IMG/VR virus record: IMGVR_UViG_3300044842_000168 | Location: 1-64,000 of that record | Length of the DNA stretch: 64,000 nt | Direction: 5' to 3' (one strand) | Origin: a virus | Lineage: Duplodnaviria > Caudoviricetes | Part shown: piece by piece, positions 61,727 to 64,000 of the stretch | Numbering within the stretch: position 1 is the first letter of the stretch | Layout: every line of letters starts with the position of its first letter | Translations under genes and position numbers: made by a program | Notes under the pieces: model-generated | What the model saw: only the letters and a program-made list of their open reading frames with translations | Databases searched by the model: none | What the model was told of the DNA's origin: nothing

Positions 61727-62261
61727 CTGCCCTGCCTAGCCCCACCCTGCCTAGCCTCGCCGTTCCGCGCCTGACCCGGCCAGTTCCATGCCAGACCCAG
61801 CCCCGCCGGGTTACGTGCCCGGTAGAGGTATGACCCTCTACCGGGCTCCATGCCATGCCCTGCTCCGCCGCGCCCTGCCCCGCCTTGCCTAGCCCGGCCC
61901 TGCCCGGCCGCGTTTACGCGCTCCATGCCTTACCGAGCCATACCGTTCCTTGCACCGCCTTGCCGTTCCATACCGGACCCGGCCCTGCCTCGTTGCGTGG
62001 CCCAGAGAGTTTCGAGGCTCTCTGGGCCTCCTTGCCTTACCGCGCCCGGCCCTGCCGAGCCCAACCTGGCCGCAGCCACACCGCGCCGAGCCGAAGCCGA
62101 ACCGCGCCGCGCCAGAGCTTGCCATGCCCCGCCGAGCCGCGCCCCGCCGAGCCTTGCCTTGTAGCGTGGCTCGGGGAGTTTCGAGGCTCCCCGAGCCTTC
62201 CATGCCCTACCTTGCCACACCGATCCGCACCCAGCCCTGCTGTGCCGAGCCTCGCCTTGCC
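61727..62261 (-). repeat. GGY-NN pentamer array (78 units, 5 segments) split by hairpins; putative guide-RNA array
   Basis: minus strand reads GGCAA GGCGA GGCTC GGCAC...; 69 of 78 units start GGC or GGT; 30-nt hairpins at 62168-62197, 61999-62028, 61817-61846. Confidence 0.88.
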
Positions 62262-62268
62262 GCGTGAG

Positions 62269-62859
62269 CTATTCGCCGAGCAGCTCGACCTTGGCGTCGA
62301 ACCGCCCGTACATCCGGCGGAAGTCGCCGAGGCCCTCGAACCGGCCAGCGTCGGCGGCGATCCGCTCGAACTCCTCCAGCTCCATGATGGAGTAGTCCAA
62401 CACGAAGTCGGCGGTGAACTCCCACTCCGGGAACCACGGGCGGCAGCGTTCCACGCGCTGCTGGCCGATCCGGACGGTGCGGTAGTCCACGAAGGGAGAC
62501 TCGCCGTCGCCCCACAACGCCTCCTTGTCGCGCGGGCCGGCGTAGAACAGTGGGGCCTGGAACGTCTCGATGGACAGCCCGCGCTCGATCTTCTTCCCGT
62601 TCTTGGTGATACGGGCGCCTCCCAACAGGCAGGCGAAGATGTTCTCGCCGGGGATGTAGGGGCCGATCTCCTCGTCGTAGTACAGCGCGGCCTCCCAGTC
62701 GATCCGCGCCATGGCGGCCCGATCCTCGTCGGTCTTGGTGCGCTTGGAGCTGAACTCCTTCATCGCCTTCGCGAACTTGTTGCTGGGCGAAGCCGCCTGT
62801 GCGCTGTGCATCAAGAGCGGCCGAGTCCCCTTGCCGGTGAGCCTTACCCTGTTCTCCAC
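62269..62859 (-). CDS. small RAMP/Cas7-like (RRM-fold) protein, candidate Vipr-type effector
   Basis: VRLTG...PLLMH, YIPGENIFACL, WEFTADF, C-terminal Gly-rich loop AGRFEGLGDFRRMYGRF. Confidence 0.75.
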   Translation of the reverse strand: MENRVRLTGKGTRPLLMHSAQAASPSNKFAKAMKEFSSKRTKTDEDRAAMARIDWEAALYYDEEIGPYIPGENIFACLLGGARITKNGKKIERGLSIETFQAPLFYAGPRDKEALWGDGESPFVDYRTVRIGQQRVERCRPWFPEWEFTADFVLDYSIMELEEFERIAADAGRFEGLGDFRRMYGRFDAKVELLGE

Positions 62860-62896
62860 TGCGTTCCCCTTCTCACAAGGAATTGCAACTGAATTG

Positions 62897-62926
62897 AATA
62901 TAGTCGGTAGACGGATTCGCGTCTAC
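62897..62926 (-). promoter_or_regulatory. TAGACG-type promoter/operator for the RAMP gene and array
   Basis: GTAGACG-gattcg-CGTCTAC at 62907-62926; TAGACG-N17-TATATT. Confidence 0.8.
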
Positions 62927-63417
62927 CTCACCGGGCTACTCCCGTTCTCATCCAACGGCCTGCCCTTGCCCCACTCGGGGCCCAGCTTCTTCGCCTCGGC
63001 CCACTCGATGACGGACGGCGGGTTGAGGTCGCGGGACAGCGCCCGGAACCGGCTGTAGAGACTTTCCCAGGCTGAGAGGTGCCGGACCTTGACCCGGGAC
63101 ATCTTCGCCGCGAGGGCGGCGCGGATCATCTCCGCCTCTTGAGCGCTGACGGCCACCTGGGCGTTGTCGGCTGGCTCGGGCTGCTCCTCGGAGCGGACCG
63201 AGAGGGCGTCGGTGAACACCCTCTCCATGCCAAGGATGCGCCGGATCAGCGAGGCCTGGCCGAGACCACCCCAGGTGATCCTCGCCTGCTGTACGGCCAA
63301 ATGCAGGCCCTCGATGTCCTCGTCTGACAGGGCTATCACGGTGGAGTCGGGCGGGATGTCCACCCCGCCCCGCAGCGTCAGTGGCTTCGCGGCCCGGTTC
63401 CACAACAAGATCTTCAC
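62923..63417 (-). CDS. hypothetical protein
   Basis: 164 aa, AAGGAGG RBS. Confidence 0.7.
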   Translation of the reverse strand: MKILLWNRAAKPLTLRGGVDIPPDSTVIALSDEDIEGLHLAVQQARITWGGLGQASLIRRILGMERVFTDALSVRSEEQPEPADNAQVAVSAQEAEMIRAALAAKMSRVKVRHLSAWESLYSRFRALSRDLNPPSVIEWAEAKKLGPEWGKGRPLDENGSSPVR

Positions 63418-63440
63418 GCGTCCTCCTTCGGGACGTGGGA

Positions 63441-63471
63441 CACCCGGGCTGGCCGCGAACCAGCCCGGGTG
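63441..63471 (-). terminator. hairpin terminator
   Basis: CACCCGGGCTGG / CCAGCCCGGGTG. Confidence 0.55.
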
Positions 63472-63477
63472 CAGGAA

Positions 63478-63741
63478 CTACTGTACGGAAGTGATGGCGG
63501 AGAGACGAACCGACCGGACCCCCGACGCGGCGGCCGGGAAGGTCAGCACCCCATCTTCGATCTTGATGGAGTGCGTCTTCTCCATGACGCGCTCGGTCTC
63601 CTCAGCGCCCGAGATGCCGTTGATCCAGGTGATCTTCCGGCCGGCGAAGTCGTTGGGCACGGCGTCAGCGACGTCGAACGCCGGGCGCTTCGCCGCCGGG
63701 CGCGACTTCGTTGGCTTGATGGCGCGCTCGGCGCGCTTCAC
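63478..63741 (-). CDS. hypothetical protein
   Basis: 87 aa with biased codons. Confidence 0.65.
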   Translation of the reverse strand: MKRAERAIKPTKSRPAAKRPAFDVADAVPNDFAGRKITWINGISGAEETERVMEKTHSIKIEDGVLTFPAAASGVRSVRLSAITSVQ

Positions 63742-63758
63742 ACGGACCGGGCGGTGGT

Positions 63759-63986
63759 CTACTTCGCCGCCTTCTTCGGCGACTGGGGCGTCAGCCCTTT
63801 TGGGGCCGGCGCCTGACGCTTCGGCTCCAGCTCCGCCGTGGACTTCGGCGCCCAGTTCTTCAGGATGTCCGACGCGTTCCGCAGGATGCGCGGCCGGCCG
63901 TCCCGGATGTACTGCCCGGAGCCCGGGACGTACACGCCGCCGTCCCAGGAGATCTCGATGCGCTCGCGGTCTCCGCGCTTCGCCAC
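63759..63986 (-). CDS. hypothetical protein (start may lie further upstream)
   Basis: basic ORF with biased codons at the window end. Confidence 0.55.
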   Translation of the reverse strand: MAKRGDRERIEISWDGGVYVPGSGQYIRDGRPRILRNASDILKNWAPKSTAELEPKRQAPAPKGLTPQSPKKAAK

Positions 63987-64000
63987 GACGGTGGCGGCGT

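Noticed and set aside
61727-62261. Classical CRISPR array
   Set aside because: No identical 25-40 nt direct repeats with unique spacers, the hairpins differ in stem sequence, and no cas1/cas2 is present. The nuclease at 56771-57907 sits in a Sak4/SSB recombination module.
61705-62892. ORFs across the GGY-NN array (61889..62203, 61930..62220, 61850..62164, 61855..62892, 61705..61926)
   Set aside because: Arg/Gly/Ala/Pro low-complexity translations produced by the 5-nt periodicity, open in many frames on both strands, with no RBS; better explained as non-coding RNA.
1-64000. Integrase, immunity repressor, transposase, intein or group I/II intron
   Set aside because: No tyrosine/serine recombinase, DDE, LAGLIDADG/HNH or intein splice motifs seen in TerL, DnaE, helicase or elsewhere. 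Lifestyle cannot be fixed because the genome extends beyond the window.

Overview
The window is most of a high-GC (visually about 68-70%) tailed actinobacteriophage genome with a siphovirus-type layout; the host is probably a filamentous actinomycete (inference). No integrase, CI-type repressor or primase was found, but both ends run into genes, so the genome is incomplete here. Layout: small leftward early genes (1-3333); a rightward ORF-free ~1.3 kb structured-RNA cassette with one tRNA-fMet-like gene and three aberrant tRNA-like folds (3413-4697); pre-terminase genes; a rightward virion operon (TerL, portal, ADP-ribosyltransferase, MuF, scaffold, capsid, connectors, tail with a -1 frameshift chaperone, tape measure, tail tip, papain-like protease; 9218-30409); then a long leftward arm. 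That arm holds a cell-envelope operon (LPXTG protein, GH43-like enzyme, micro membrane proteins), glycosyltransferase/epimerase genes, a lysis cassette, RuvC, ThyX, MazG, DnaE, UDG, an Nmad1/SDR/HAD/flavoenzyme cluster, an SSB/Sak4/exonuclease recombination module and an SNF2-like helicase. The standout feature is at 61727-62926: a small RAMP/Cas7-like gene followed directly by 78 GGY-NN units cut into five segments by hairpins, which looks like a phage-encoded programmable RNA-guided (VIPR-like) system. Thirteen promoters share a TAGACG -35 box, usually embedded in a GTAGACG-N6-CGTCTAC palindrome. All annotations come from reading motifs by eye; no database searches were run.
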